The translations under genes and the position numbers were made by a program. From the NCBI GenBank assembly GCA_040752575.1, contig JBFMGK010000066.1, forward strand, positions 1 to 14,629: 14,629 nt of DNA, given 5' to 3'. This DNA comes from Candidatus Bipolaricaulota bacterium (lineage in GTDB: Bacteria; Bipolaricaulota; Bipolaricaulia; UBA7950; UBA9294). Below the pieces are notes generated by a model, which saw nothing but the letters and a program-made list of their open reading frames with translations, was not told the DNA's origin and did not search any database. Below, in pieces: positions 13,452 through 14,629 of this stretch; positions within the stretch are counted from its first letter, which is position 1; every line of letters starts with the position of its first letter.

Positions 13452-14314
13452 GGCGGCAGGAGGAGGGCCTCAGCGTGGTACGAGCTGCGCACTCGAGGGC
13501 CCGAGAGGACGTGAGAGAAGCCCAACGCGCGCGCCTCCTCGGCGTACATCGAGAACTCCCCTCTCGATACCCAACGTACGACGGGGGCCGCGGCGCGCGA
13601 CGGCGACAAGTATTGCCCCAACGTGACCGCGGCGACGCCTGCTGCCCGCAGGTCGCGCAGAGCGTCGACCACTTCCTCGGATCGCTCTCCGAGACCGACC
13701 ATGAGGCCGCTCTTGATGACTCGCCGCTCCGATGACGCTGCCAGGAGTTCGAGAACGCGCAGGGATTGGTCGTAGGAGGCGCGGCGGTCGCGCAGTTTCG
13801 GGGTCAGCCTCCGCACGGTCTCCACGTTGTGCGACAGCACCCGCGCCCCAGACTCGGCAATCGCCTTCACGGGTTGGGGAGAACCGCCGAAGTCGGGAAT
13901 GAGGACCTCGACGGCAACGTCGCGGCAGGTTCGGTGGATCTCGGCCACGGCCGTCACAAATCCCGACGCCCCGCCATCCGGAAGGTCATCTCGATCCACC
14001 GACGTGAGCACAACGTGGCGCAACCCCAGTTCGCGGACGGCTTCCGCCAAGCGCCTCGGTTCATCGGGATCCAGCGGCGCGCCGACCAATCCCCGCGTCA
14101 CGGCGCAGAAGCGGCAGGAACGCGTGCACACGTCGCCGAGGAGAAGGAACGTTGCCGTGCGCGCGGACCAGCATTCCACCGCATTGGGGCACTGAGCCCC
14201 TTCGCAGATCGAGTGGAGGCGAAGCCGCAAGAGAACACTTCGCACCTCCCGCATTCCAGCCGCCTCGCGCGGGGTCGGTACGCGAACTTTCAGGTCCTCG
14301 GGTATGCCGCCCAT
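13430..14314 (-). CDS. lipA: Lipoyl synthase
   Basis: CEGAQCPNAVEC (CX4CX5C), CTRSCRFC (radical SAM CX3CX2C), VLTSVDRDDLPDGG, HNVETV.RL, KSGLMVGLGE, TLGQYL.P, RSSYHA. Confidence 0.97.
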   Translation of the reverse strand: MGGIPEDLKVRVPTPREAAGMREVRSVLLRLRLHSICEGAQCPNAVECWSARTATFLLLGDVCTRSCRFCAVTRGLVGAPLDPDEPRRLAEAVRELGLRHVVLTSVDRDDLPDGGASGFVTAVAEIHRTCRDVAVEVLIPDFGGSPQPVKAIAESGARVLSHNVETVRRLTPKLRDRRASYDQSLRVLELLAASSERRVIKSGLMVGLGERSEEVVDALRDLRAAGVAAVTLGQYLSPSRAAAPVVRWVSRGEFSMYAEEARALGFSHVLSGPRVRSSYHAEALLLPPCAASST

Positions 14315-14629
14315 GGTCCCTCCCCAACTTCGCGCAGACTGCGTTCGACGAGTCTACGGCCGAGCAGATCAGCGGTTTCGCTCGCCAGTCGTCGCTCGAC
14401 GTCGTCCCATGCCGCCGGGGCCGCCAGCCGCTCGTTCATCGATACCGCACGGACGGGCAGCCCGCAAGGGCGGATCATCGAGAAGTGCTCGGCCTGGACG
14501 GCGACATTGAGCGCCACCCCGTGGCGTGTCACCCAGTTCCTCACGTGGATGCCGACCGAGGCGATCTTGTCATCGCCAACCCACACCCCGGGAAACCCAG
14601 GGCGTCGCCGGGCCGCCAGTCCAAACGAT
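14290..14629 (-). CDS. lipB: Octanoyltransferase LipB (C-terminal part; gene starts beyond the window)
   Basis: Frame open to the window edge: SFGLAARRRPGFPGVWVGDDKIASVGIHVRNWVTRHGVALNV......F..I.PCGL, containing the catalytic Lys and the PCG Cys. Directly upstream of lipA. Confidence 0.92.
   Translation of the reverse strand, partial: SFGLAARRRPGFPGVWVGDDKIASVGIHVRNWVTRHGVALNVAVQAEHFSMIRPCGLPVRAVSMNERLAAPAAWDDVERRLASETADLLGRRLVERSLREVGEGPWAAYPRT

Overview
GC-rich bacterial chromosomal window with no mobile element, CRISPR array or rRNA. Left to right: (1) a 5'-truncated DUF1573-like/rhodanese fusion, an exported CxxC thioredoxin-fold protein, a SigB/SigF-type sigma factor with no adjacent anti-sigma genes, and a small helical ORF; (2) a convergent secreted Cys-rich VWA protein; (3) divergent sigma70-type promoters, then tRNA-Leu(GAG) followed closely by plsX-fabH-fabD-fabG-acpP, a standalone cyclodeaminase/cyclohydrolase, a short NOL1/NOP2/RsmF-type RNA m5C methyltransferase and a separate PUA/NIP7-like partner gene; (4) a 777-aa secreted VWA + RTX-nonapeptide + four Cys-rich Ig/PKD-like repeat protein, with a near-consensus CRP-type site upstream and a perfect 14-bp terminator downstream; (5) a minus-strand lipB-lipA-lplA-like-DUF501 operon. 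The best leads are the archaeal-style methyltransferase/PUA pair, the 777-aa adhesin-like protein and its promoter, the orphan sigma factor with its small partner, and the divergent lipoate ligase coupled to DUF501. The gene style is reminiscent of Candidatus Bipolaricaulota, but that is an unverified impression. All family calls come from motif recognition by eye; no searches were run.
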